NCBI GenBank assembly: GCA_045534435.1
Contig: JAZSJS010000087.1
Coordinates: forward strand, 1 to 45,627
Reading direction: 5' to 3'
Length of the DNA: 45,627 nt
Source of the DNA: Eubacteriales bacterium
GTDB taxonomy: Bacteria > Bacillota > Clostridia > Oscillospirales > CAG-272
Below are positions 1 through 7,838 of this stretch, in pieces; position 1 is the stretch's first letter; each line of letters starts with the position of its first letter. A model generated the notes under the pieces. It was given only the letters and a program-made list of their open reading frames with translations, ran no database searches and had not been told where the DNA came from. A program made the position numbers and the translations under genes.

Positions 1-2
1 AT

Positions 3-179
3 CACATCGAGGTCTCCCTGGAGGGCTTTTTCAAGCAAAGCTATGCCAACGTGCCGATCTTCGATGGGATCGCCGCCGTTCAGCCCGCCTATCTGATCCC
101 TCTCCCCGAAAACGGACGCACCGATTCGCGCACACCGGACGGAGAGCGTTTTTTTGAATCGACCGCGCCCGATCTCTGA
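3..179 (+). CDS. 3' end of an upstream gene cut by the window edge (product unknown)
   Basis: Frame 3 is open from the window start to TGA at 177-179 (HIEVSLEGFFKQSYANVPIFDGIAAVQPAYLIPLPENGRTDSRTPDGERFFESTAPDL). No family recognised. Confidence 0.35.
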   Translation, partial: HIEVSLEGFFKQSYANVPIFDGIAAVQPAYLIPLPENGRTDSRTPDGERFFESTAPDL

Positions 180-213
180 AGCACCTTCAAATCCACAAAG
201 AAAGGAAAACGCC

Positions 214-1611
214 ATGCCGGAGCTTCCCGTGATTCCCGAACGCATTACCGTCCATCTCGGCCCGCCCGATCAGCCTGCCGAGAACGTCACGATCCCCTTT
301 TTGGATTATGTGGCAAACGTCGCCTCCAGCGAGATCTATCCCACCTGGCCGGAAAACGCGATCCGCGCCAATATGTACGCGCAGATCTCGTTTGCGCTCA
401 ACCGCGTTTTTACCGAATACTACCGCACGCGCGGCTACGATTTTGACATCACCAGCACCACGGCGTTCGATCAGTATTTCGTCAACGGACGCGATATCTT
501 CGGCAACATCCGCGAGCTGGCGGGAGAATTGTTTGACAGCTATATCCGCCGTCGAGGAAGCGTCGAGCCGCTCTTCGCACAATATTGCAACGGCACCACC
601 GTGACCTGCAACGGACTTTCTCAATGGCAAACCGTTGAGCTTGCCAATCAAGGATACACGCCATACGAAATTCTGACCTACTTCTACGGCGATGACATTG
701 ATCTGGTGCAAAACGCACCGATCGAAAACGTGACCGCAAGCGCTCCCGAGGCTCCGCTGCGGCTCGGTGCGGCAAACGACGACGTTCGCATCGCGCAAAT
801 ACGACTGAATCGCATTTCCAACAACTTCCCCTCCATTCCGAAGATCGAGGTGACCGACGGGATCTTCGGCACCGATACCGAGGACGCGGTGCGCCGCTTT
901 CAAGAGGTCTTCGGACTGACACCAGACGGTGTGATCGGGAAAACGACGTGGTACACGATCCAAAATATTTATATCGGAGTCAAGCGTCTGAACGATCTCA
1001 ATTCCGAAGGAATCCGACTGGAGGAGGTCACAAAGCAATATCCCGGTGTCCTCTCGCTCGGCTCGAGCGGAAATGCCGTGCTCAATCTGCAATATTTCAT
1101 CGCCTATCTGTCGCAGTATTACGACACCATCCCTCCCGTGACGATCGACGGAAGCTTCGGAGAATCCACGCGCGCCGCGGTCGAGGCAGTGCAACGCACC
1201 TTTGGTCTTCCCGTGGACGGTGTGGTCGGAGAGCGGACGTGGTTTGAGATCCAAAAAGCCTACACGGGGATCGTCAACACCATTCCGATCGAATACGTGG
1301 AGGGCGCAGCGCTTCCCTATGGTGGGGTTCCGCTTCGCATCGGTGCAGATTCCGATCAGGTGCTTCTCTTGCAGCAATATCTCAACTATATTGCCCAAAC
1401 CTACACGCAAATTCCGCAAATCAACCCCACGGGATATTTCGGTCCCCGCACGCAGGAGGCCGTGATCGCATTTCAAAATCTGGCGGGGATCACACCCACG
1501 GGCGTTGTTTCTGCAATAACGTGGAGCGCGATCGCTGAGCTGTTCAACGCACTCTATCAAGGTTCTGTCTCACGGGACGGTCAGTTTCCCGGATTTCCGC
1601 TCGGTGCATAA
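214..1611 (+). CDS. SleC-like spore cortex-lytic enzyme homolog with three PG_binding_1 repeats
   Basis: ATG at 214 follows aaaggaaa. The N-terminal block (ITVHLGPP..IPFLDYVANVASSEIYPTWPENAIRANMYAQISFALNRVFTEYYRTRGYDFDITSTTAFDQ..LFAQYCNG..QGYTPYEILTYFYGDDI) closely resembles the catalytic region of clostridial SleC as I recall it. It is followed by three repeats of the type G..G..V..LQ..LN...P.I..DG.FG..T..AV..FQ..FGL...G.V...TW. Confidence 0.7.
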   Translation: MPELPVIPERITVHLGPPDQPAENVTIPFLDYVANVASSEIYPTWPENAIRANMYAQISFALNRVFTEYYRTRGYDFDITSTTAFDQYFVNGRDIFGNIRELAGELFDSYIRRRGSVEPLFAQYCNGTTVTCNGLSQWQTVELANQGYTPYEILTYFYGDDIDLVQNAPIENVTASAPEAPLRLGAANDDVRIAQIRLNRISNNFPSIPKIEVTDGIFGTDTEDAVRRFQEVFGLTPDGVIGKTTWYTIQNIYIGVKRLNDLNSEGIRLEEVTKQYPGVLSLGSSGNAVLNLQYFIAYLSQYYDTIPPVTIDGSFGESTRAAVEAVQRTFGLPVDGVVGERTWFEIQKAYTGIVNTIPIEYVEGAALPYGGVPLRIGADSDQVLLLQQYLNYIAQTYTQIPQINPTGYFGPRTQEAVIAFQNLAGITPTGVVSAITWSAIAELFNALYQGSVSRDGQFPGFPLGA

Positions 1612-1635
1612 AGCACCGCAAAGGAGGGTTCACAG

Positions 1636-2169
1636 ATGAACAACCAACCGAACAAGGCTGCTGCGACACGGAATTTGCAGCAATATCTGCGACAGCTTTC
1701 CTACGACGAGGAAGGCATCCCCGCGCCTCCCGTGGACGGTATTTTCGAATCCCAAACCACCAACTCACTCAGAGAATTTCAACGCTCGCGCGGACTTCCC
1801 GTCACGGGGCGCGCCGATCTGGAAACCTGGGAGCGACTCTATGCCGATTATCGTGCATCGTTGGCATCCAATTCCCCACCGCGTCAGATCTCTGCCTTTC
1901 CGTCCGATCCGCAGGGATACGTCCTGACGGCGGGGAGCGTCGGGTTTGTCGTCTCGGCTCTGCAGTATATGCTGAGAGAGCTTCATCACAGCTATGCCGC
2001 GCTTTCCGACGTTGTGATGACAGGCATCTACGACGACCAAACGCAATCGGCGGTAAGAAGCTTTCAACGTCTCAATTCGCTCCCCGAGGACGGAAACGTG
2101 GGGCTTTTGACCTGGAACGAGATCGCGGACCAGTACAATCTGCTCTTCTCAGATACGGCGGAAGAGTAG
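1636..2169 (+). CDS. Peptidoglycan-binding (PG_binding_1 x2) domain protein
   Basis: RBS aaaggaggg lies 7 nt before the ATG. Two repeats with the DG.F...T..(L/A)(R/V)..FQ...LP..G......TW signature. Confidence 0.7.
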   Translation: MNNQPNKAAATRNLQQYLRQLSYDEEGIPAPPVDGIFESQTTNSLREFQRSRGLPVTGRADLETWERLYADYRASLASNSPPRQISAFPSDPQGYVLTAGSVGFVVSALQYMLRELHHSYAALSDVVMTGIYDDQTQSAVRSFQRLNSLPEDGNVGLLTWNEIADQYNLLFSDTAEE

Positions 2170-2278
2170 TCATATCAGCCTTGGGGAGGATTGAAAGAGC
2201 GAACGACGGATGAAGAACTACCTTTTCCCTCTTTGCGAAAAAAGTTCCGGGAGTATCTTTCAAAATTTCCTACAAAAA

Positions 2279-2313
2279 GATGCGGGAGAAAGAAATTTTC
2301 TTTCTCCCGCATC
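2279..2313. terminator. Bidirectional rho-independent terminator between convergent genes
   Basis: Perfect hairpin gatgcgggagaaag / ctttctcccgcatc, flanked by an A-run upstream and a T-run downstream. Confidence 0.8.
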
Positions 2314-2333
2314 TTTTTATCATGCTCAAAAAA

Positions 2334-2486
2334 TCACTTTTTTGACAGGAAGCGATTGAGCAGCACGGTCATGCCGGCGATCACGCCGATGACGACGAAA
2401 ATACCGAGCATACCGAGTCCCATGTACTTCAAATTTTCAACGAAAGCCACGGGTCTGAACTGAAGATTTTCAAAAAACGATCCCAT
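2334..2486 (-). CDS. 50-aa single-TM protein, OadG-like (decarboxylase gamma-type small subunit) candidate
   Basis: Absent from the ORF track because it is under 60 aa. RBS ggagga then ATG at 2486. Product: MGSFFENLQFRPVAFVENLKYMGLGMLGIFVVIGVIAGMTVLLNRFLSKK. One hydrophobic helix. Starts 18 nt downstream of the beta-subunit gene stop (stop codon 2505-2507) and is followed by the terminator. Confidence 0.5.
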   Translation of the reverse strand: MGSFFENLQFRPVAFVENLKYMGLGMLGIFVVIGVIAGMTVLLNRFLSKK

Positions 2487-2504
2487 TGATTACATCCTCC
2501 TTTT

Positions 2505-3635
2505 TTAACCGACCATGCCGGAAAAGAATCCGAGAATCAAACCGCCCGCGATAACCGACGCGATCTGTCCCGATACGTTAACACCCATGGAGTGCATGAG
2601 CAGGAAGTTCTGAGGATCCTCCTTCAGACCCATCTTGTGAACGATACGTCCTGCCATGGGGAATGCGGAGATACCTGCCGCACCGATCATGGGGTTGACC
2701 TTCTTCTTGGAGAAGAGGTTCATCAGCTTTGCGATCAGCACACCGCCGGCAGTGTCGAAAATGAATGCGAACAAGCCGAGGAACAGGATCACGAGCGTGT
2801 CGATCTGCAGAAATTTATCTGCCTGCATCTGCGTGGCAACCGTGATTCCAAGGAAGATGGTGACCAGATTTGCAAGCACCTTCTGCGCGGTCTCGGAAAG
2901 CGAGTTCAACACGCCGCACTCACGGAGCAGATTACCGAACATCAAAAATCCGACCAGAGCAACAGACTCCTTTGCAACCAAGCCCGCGATGACGGTGATC
3001 AGGATCGGGAACAGGATCTTGGTTGTCTGCGCAAGCGCCTTGGGCTCATAGGGTATGCGGATCATGCGCTCCTTCTTGGTGGTCAGCGCCTTGATGACAG
3101 GCGGCTGAATGACGGGAACAAGCGCCATGTAGGAATACGCCGCCACCATGATCGCACCGACGTATTTGGATTTGAGGGCATTTGCCACGACGATTGCCGT
3201 GGGACCGTCTGCCGCACCGATGATGGCGATGGACGCGGAGTCAAGGATATTCGGGAAGAAGATCGATGCCAGGCACAGGGTGAAGAAGATACCGAACTGC
3301 GCCGCCGCACCGAAGATCATCAGCTTGGGGTTGGAAAGCAACGGACCAAAGTCGATCATCGCGCCGATACCGATGAACAGGATCAGAGGAAACAGCTCGT
3401 TGGCGATACCCGCGTTATACAGAGTGGTCAAAGGACCGTCCACACCGATCGCACCCGAGAACGGGAGATTGACCAGAATCGCACCGAAGCCCATGGGCAA
3501 CAGGAGCGTGGGCTCCATGTCCTTTTTGATGGCAAGATAGATCAACAGGCCGCCGATGACCCACATCACGATCATCTTCCAGCCGTCACCGGTTACCAAG
3601 GCCACTAAGCTTTCATACAAAAATTCGAGATTCAT
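2505..3635 (-). CDS. Sodium ion-translocating decarboxylase beta subunit (OadB/GcdB/MmdB family)
   Basis: 376-aa polytopic membrane protein with the typical family N-terminus (..WKMIVMWVIGGLLIYLAIKK..EPTLLLPMGFGAILVNLP..) and length. Confidence 0.85.
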   Translation of the reverse strand: MNLEFLYESLVALVTGDGWKMIVMWVIGGLLIYLAIKKDMEPTLLLPMGFGAILVNLPFSGAIGVDGPLTTLYNAGIANELFPLILFIGIGAMIDFGPLLSNPKLMIFGAAAQFGIFFTLCLASIFFPNILDSASIAIIGAADGPTAIVVANALKSKYVGAIMVAAYSYMALVPVIQPPVIKALTTKKERMIRIPYEPKALAQTTKILFPILITVIAGLVAKESVALVGFLMFGNLLRECGVLNSLSETAQKVLANLVTIFLGITVATQMQADKFLQIDTLVILFLGLFAFIFDTAGGVLIAKLMNLFSKKKVNPMIGAAGISAFPMAGRIVHKMGLKEDPQNFLLMHSMGVNVSGQIASVIAGGLILGFFSGMVG

Positions 3636-3652
3636 TGTTTTATTGCCTTTCT

Positions 3653-5062
3653 TTAATTGTATTCAAATTCCATATTGTCTGTGGCAGAAGCACTTTCCTT
3701 CTCCACGGCATCCTTCTCTTCTACGTCAGTCTCGTCGGTCTCCTCGGTCACGGTCTTGACGACCTCGGTCAGCTCAATGCGCTTTTCGGCAACAGACAGC
3801 ACCTTGACCGACAGATTTTCATGATCAAACTCGGGAGTCTCTCCGTCCTGCGGAATGTAGGCAAGATGTGCGATCACAAATCCACCGAAGGTGTCGAAGC
3901 TGTCGTCCTCGCCACGCAGCGTCACACCGATTGCCTCTTCAACATCCTCAATCGGAGTCGAGCCCGCGATCTGCCAGACGTTCTCGCCCGCCTCCACGAT
4001 CTCGGGGGTCTCGGGCGCGTCGGTCTCATCGTAGATATTTCCCACGATCTCCTCCAACAGGTCCTCCAGCGTGACAAGTCCCGCGGTCTGACCGTATTCA
4101 TCGACCACGATCGCCATATGTACCTTGTTGGCGCGCATATCCTGAAACAGCACGTTTGCCGGCAACGTATCGGGAACGAATTTCGGTGTCTGCATCAGAT
4201 CCTTCAGACTGCACTCGGAATTCTCGTGGAGCGCAAACAAAAATTCACGCACCAAGACGATGCCCTTGATGTCGTCGGTATCCTCTCCGCACACGGGAAG
4301 CCGCGAAAATCCGCTTTCCAGCATGGTCTTCACAACATCCTCGGTCGTGTCGGTCTCATACAGCACCGTCATATCCGATCGGCGCGTCATGATCTCGGAC
4401 ACTGCCGTGTTATCAAATTCAAACACGTTTTCGATCATTTCCTTGGTGTCGGTGTCGATCTCTCCCTGCTCCTCAACGGCGTCAACCAGATCCAGAATAT
4501 CCTCCTCGGAAACGTCCTCGGCGGTTTCGTGGGGATTGATGCCAAAGAGACGGAGCAAGCCGTTCGTGCTGGCAGAAAGGAGCCAAACAACGGGACGCAG
4601 CAGCTTGGAGAGCGTGAGGATCACGCCGCAAACACCGCGCGCCAGCTTCTCGGGATTTCGCATCGCGATTCTTTTCGGCACCAATTCTCCCAAGACCAGC
4701 GTGAAGAAGGACAGGATCAGAGTGATCAGAACCACCGAGACCGTATCCAACACGCCTCTGGAAACAAACGTGACCCGACAAGTGTTGATCAGCCAGTCGA
4801 CCAACAGGTCGGAAAAGCTGTCTGCTGCGAATGCAGAGCCCAAAAATCCTGCCAGCGTGATGCCGACCTGAATGGTGGACAAAAATCCGGTTGGCTCCTC
4901 CACCATACGAAGCATTTTTTTCGCCTTGACGTCACCCGATTCCACCTGGCGGCGCAGCTTCACCTCGTTGAGCGAGATCACCGCGATCTCGGATGCGGCA
5001 AAAAATGCGTTGATTGCAATCAATATTAATTGAACCAGTATCTGCCATATGACAGTTTTCAT
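3653..5062 (-). CDS. CNNM/CorC-HlyC family protein (DUF21 membrane domain + CBS pair + CorC_HlyC), putative divalent-cation transport protein
   Basis: Start moved to ATG 5062 (RBS aaaggaga). N-terminal DUF21-like TM region (INAFFAASEIAVISLN), CBS-pair region, C-terminal CorC/HlyC-like region, then an acidic tail. Confidence 0.8.
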   Translation of the reverse strand: MKTVIWQILVQLILIAINAFFAASEIAVISLNEVKLRRQVESGDVKAKKMLRMVEEPTGFLSTIQVGITLAGFLGSAFAADSFSDLLVDWLINTCRVTFVSRGVLDTVSVVLITLILSFFTLVLGELVPKRIAMRNPEKLARGVCGVILTLSKLLRPVVWLLSASTNGLLRLFGINPHETAEDVSEEDILDLVDAVEEQGEIDTDTKEMIENVFEFDNTAVSEIMTRRSDMTVLYETDTTEDVVKTMLESGFSRLPVCGEDTDDIKGIVLVREFLFALHENSECSLKDLMQTPKFVPDTLPANVLFQDMRANKVHMAIVVDEYGQTAGLVTLEDLLEEIVGNIYDETDAPETPEIVEAGENVWQIAGSTPIEDVEEAIGVTLRGEDDSFDTFGGFVIAHLAYIPQDGETPEFDHENLSVKVLSVAEKRIELTEVVKTVTEETDETDVEEKDAVEKESASATDNMEFEYN

Positions 5063-5122
5063 GATAAATTCAAATTCTCCTTTTCCGATTTTCAGATTTT
5101 CATTGATAAAAGACACAAAAAC

Positions 5123-5167
5123 AAGACTTGATAGCTTGTGTCAAACGCAAACAAGTCGCCAAGTCTT
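5123..5167 (-). terminator. Intrinsic terminator-like hairpin inside the 5' leader of the CNNM/CorC operon (attenuator candidate)
   Basis: Minus strand reads AAGACTTG-gcga-CTTGT-ttgcgtttgac-ACAAG-ctat-CAAGTCTT followed by GTTTTTGTGTCTTTT, about 60 nt upstream of the ATG at 5062. No gene upstream on this strand could use it as a normal terminator. Confidence 0.6.
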
Positions 5168-5229
5168 CATCCGATCATCGGCTCCGGGGGCGTGGTTCGA
5201 TCGCCGTCCGCAGGATCTTCCGGTATCAT
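5167..5229 (-). CDS. Candidate 20-aa Pro/acidic-rich leader peptide (MIPEDPADGDRTTPPEPMIG)
   Basis: ATG at 5229 is preceded by gggaaaggaga (12-nt spacing, rather long). The TGA stop (5167-5169) abuts the 5' arm of the leader terminator. Speculative. Confidence 0.3.
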   Translation of the reverse strand: MIPEDPADGDRTTPPEPMIG

Positions 5230-5275
5230 AAAAAAGAGCGTCTCCTTTCCCAAATCATATTTTCGTTTTCTGCTC

Positions 5276-5295
5276 CAATCGATTTCAATCGATTT
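5276..5295. repeat. Tandem 10-bp direct repeat (caatcgattt x2), each copy containing the ATCGAT palindrome
   Basis: Read directly in the divergent intergenic region between the CNNM and DUF1538 genes. Possible operator. Confidence 0.5.
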
Positions 5296-5416
5296 CGAAG
5301 CAAAAAACACAACGCTATCATTATATCGCAAAACGCCTTCAAAATCTATATATAAATTGTTAACAAAAATAATTTTTATCTTTTTTTCAAAAAAAGATGT
5401 TTTTTCATCCTATTTA

Positions 5417-5425
5417 TGATATAAT
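5417..5425 (+). promoter_or_regulatory. Extended -10 promoter element (TGaTATAAT) for the DUF1538 / P-II operon
   Basis: TGaTATAAT at 5417-5425, about 60 nt upstream of the proposed TTG start. The -35 is weak. Confidence 0.45.
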
Positions 5426-5486
5426 GATATATGCAAAAACAACCCGGCGGGAACTCCGCCAAAATGCAAGCAGAAAGGAAGCAATC

Positions 5487-7025
5487 TTGGAAAACTTTGT
5501 CAAACAAAAACTCAGTGAATCGATTCGATCCATTCTTCCGATTGCCGCAGTCGTGCTGTTTTTGGGAATCACGATCGCGCCGATGAGCACGGGCACCTTC
5601 CTGCTCTTCCTGCTCGGTGTGCTTTGTCTGATTGCCGGATTGTCGATCTTCACCATGGGTGCGGAAATGTCGATGCTGCAGCTGGGCGGCAAGATCGGTT
5701 CATATCTCGCAAAATCCAAAAAAATATGGTTGATCGCCTTCATCAGCTTTATCATCGGCATCCTCGTCACGGTATCCGAGCCCGACCTGCAAATTCTTGC
5801 AGAGCAGGTATCCGGCGTGGACAACATGCTGCTGATCCTCACGGTCTCTCTCGGTGTCGGCATCTTCCTTGCCATCGCTCTGATGCGCATCGTGTTCCGT
5901 GTCAGCCTGTCGGTGCTCCTGATGATTTTTTACATATTGGCATTTTCGATGTGCTTCTTCATTCCGCAGAACTTCTGGTCGGTTGCCTTCGACTCGGGCG
6001 GAGTCACCACGGGACCGATGACGGTTCCCTTCATCATGGCGATCGGTGCGGGTGTCGCGGGCGCACGCTCGGGCGACGGAGAGCACAGCGATTCGTTCGG
6101 TCTGGTGGCGCTTTGCAGCATCGGTCCGATCCTCGCGGTTCTGATCCTGGGCATCTGCTTCGGCGTAAACGACGGCAGCTACGTCGCAGACGCGGCGACG
6201 GTGGTGGAAACCACACGTCAAGGAATGGGGCTTTATCTAAACAGCTTTGTCGAGCACACCAAGGACGTTGCCGTCGCGCTTCTTCCCACCATCGTGTTCG
6301 CCCTGCTCTTCCAGCTCATCACACGCGCCTTCGGTACCAAGCAGCTGGTGCGTATCGGTGTGGGTATCGTCTACACCTTCATCGGTCTGGTCATCTTCCT
6401 CACGGGTGCAAACGAGGGCTTTAAGCCCGCAGGCGCAGAGCTTGGACAAACGATTGCCCTGCTCGGAAACGGCTACGCGCTCATTCCCGTCTGCATGCTG
6501 ATCGGTTACTTCATCGTCAATGCCGAGCCCGCAGTCTACGTGCTGAACAAGCAGGTCGAGCAGATCACCGCGGGTGCGATTTCGGCATCCACGATGCGTC
6601 TGGCGCTCTCGATCGGTGTTTCCGCGGCATTGGGTCTTTCGATGCTGCGCATCCTGACAGGTATCTCGATCCTCTGGATCCTGATCCCGGGCTACGTGAT
6701 CGCATTGGGTCTTTCCTTCTTCGTTCCGAAATTCTTTACGGGTATCGCCTTTGACTCAGGTGGAGTTGCCAGCGGCGTCATGATGAGCGCCTTCGTCCTC
6801 CCCCTCTCAATCGGTGCTTGCTCTACACTCGGCGGCAACATCATGACACAGGCATTCGGATGCGTGGCATTCGTTGCAATGACGCCGATCATTTCGATTC
6901 AGATCTGCGGCTTGATTTACAGTCTCAAATCCAAGCGCGCCATCCGTCGCTTCTCGACCGAAACCGAGGTCTTCCTCGATTACAGCGATTCGTTTGAACA
7001 AACGAGCGTGTTGACAAGGAGGTAA
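5487..7025 (+). CDS. Fused double DUF1538-domain integral membrane protein
   Basis: Proposed TTG start at 5487 (RBS aaaggaag, 5-nt spacer), in frame with the tracked ORF. Two homologous halves each carry the FDSGGV(T/A)(T/S)G motif (AFDSGGVTTGPMTVPFIMAIGAG and AFDSGGVASGVMMSAFVLPLSIGA). Many TM helices. Confidence 0.75.
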   Translation: MENFVKQKLSESIRSILPIAAVVLFLGITIAPMSTGTFLLFLLGVLCLIAGLSIFTMGAEMSMLQLGGKIGSYLAKSKKIWLIAFISFIIGILVTVSEPDLQILAEQVSGVDNMLLILTVSLGVGIFLAIALMRIVFRVSLSVLLMIFYILAFSMCFFIPQNFWSVAFDSGGVTTGPMTVPFIMAIGAGVAGARSGDGEHSDSFGLVALCSIGPILAVLILGICFGVNDGSYVADAATVVETTRQGMGLYLNSFVEHTKDVAVALLPTIVFALLFQLITRAFGTKQLVRIGVGIVYTFIGLVIFLTGANEGFKPAGAELGQTIALLGNGYALIPVCMLIGYFIVNAEPAVYVLNKQVEQITAGAISASTMRLALSIGVSAALGLSMLRILTGISILWILIPGYVIALGLSFFVPKFFTGIAFDSGGVASGVMMSAFVLPLSIGACSTLGGNIMTQAFGCVAFVAMTPIISIQICGLIYSLKSKRAIRRFSTETEVFLDYSDSFEQTSVLTRR

Positions 7026-7029
7026 TATC

Positions 7030-7770
7030 ATGGCAAAAAAGAATACCGCCCTTGAAAAGCGCGCCAAGCTGTTGGTCTGCATCATCAAAAAGAAGGACGA
7101 GATCGCGTTGACCGAGGCTTGCGCCTCCTGTTGCGTTTCCCTGCACTTCTCCGGTATTGGCTTCGGCACTGCAAAATCCAACTATATGAGCTATCTCGGC
7201 CTGGACGAGGTCGAAAAAAGGTTGGTCTACGCGCTCATTCCCAATTACAGTGAGTCTCGCGTCCTCAAGGCGATCAACCGCCGTCTCAAGCTTTATCTGA
7301 TGGGCAACGGAATCGCCTTCACCATCCCACTCTCAGGCATTTCCAGCATTGTCAGCAACGCCATTCTCTCCACGCCGTACCGCGAGGATTCCTCGGCGGA
7401 CGCAAACAAAACCTCTCAAGAAAAGGAGCGCACGCAAATGCACGAACTGATCGTAGCCGTCGTCAATCAAAAATTCACCGATAAGGTCATTGACTGCAGC
7501 CGCGCCGCCGGTGCAACGGGAGCCACCATCCTGCACACCAGAAGCGTCAACAACAAGCAGGCCGAGCAGCTGCTCGGGACCTCCTTCACCCAGGAGACCG
7601 ACACCATCGCCTTCCTAACCAGCCACGAATATAAGGCAAAGATCATGGAAGCCATCCAAGAGTATGCCGGTCTCAAGACCGACGGCGGTGCCGTTCTCTT
7701 CTCGCTTCCCGTGGATACGCTGATCGGCATCGGTCGCTTTGACGACGATGATGAAAAGGTAGAAGAATAA
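7030..7770 (+). CDS. Tandem (fused) P-II-like signal-transduction protein
   Basis: RBS aggaggt. Two ~110-aa halves each look like a P-II beta-alpha-beta fold (KLLVCIIKK.. ..GNGIAFTIPL and HELIVAVVNQ.. ..GGAVLFSLPV). Starts 4 nt after the DUF1538 gene. Confidence 0.65.
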   Translation: MAKKNTALEKRAKLLVCIIKKKDEIALTEACASCCVSLHFSGIGFGTAKSNYMSYLGLDEVEKRLVYALIPNYSESRVLKAINRRLKLYLMGNGIAFTIPLSGISSIVSNAILSTPYREDSSADANKTSQEKERTQMHELIVAVVNQKFTDKVIDCSRAAGATGATILHTRSVNNKQAEQLLGTSFTQETDTIAFLTSHEYKAKIMEAIQEYAGLKTDGGAVLFSLPVDTLIGIGRFDDDDEKVEE

Positions 7771-7790
7771 TACAAAAGCATTGTAAAAAG

Positions 7791-7817
7791 GAATCCGCCG
7801 AACTCATCGGCGGATTC
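7791..7817. terminator. Bidirectional rho-independent terminator
   Basis: gaatccgccga-actca-tcggcggattc, with an A-run before and a T-run after. Lies between convergent genes. Confidence 0.85.
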
Positions 7818-7838
7818 TTTTTTGTTGCTGATATTCTT

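Noticed and set aside
5185-5215. tRNA-like T-arm sequence (gggggcgtggttcgatcgccgtcc) on the plus strand of the CNNM leader region.
   Set aside because: I could not build an acceptor stem, D arm or anticodon arm around it. It is more simply explained as one of the GC-rich hairpins of the minus-strand leader.
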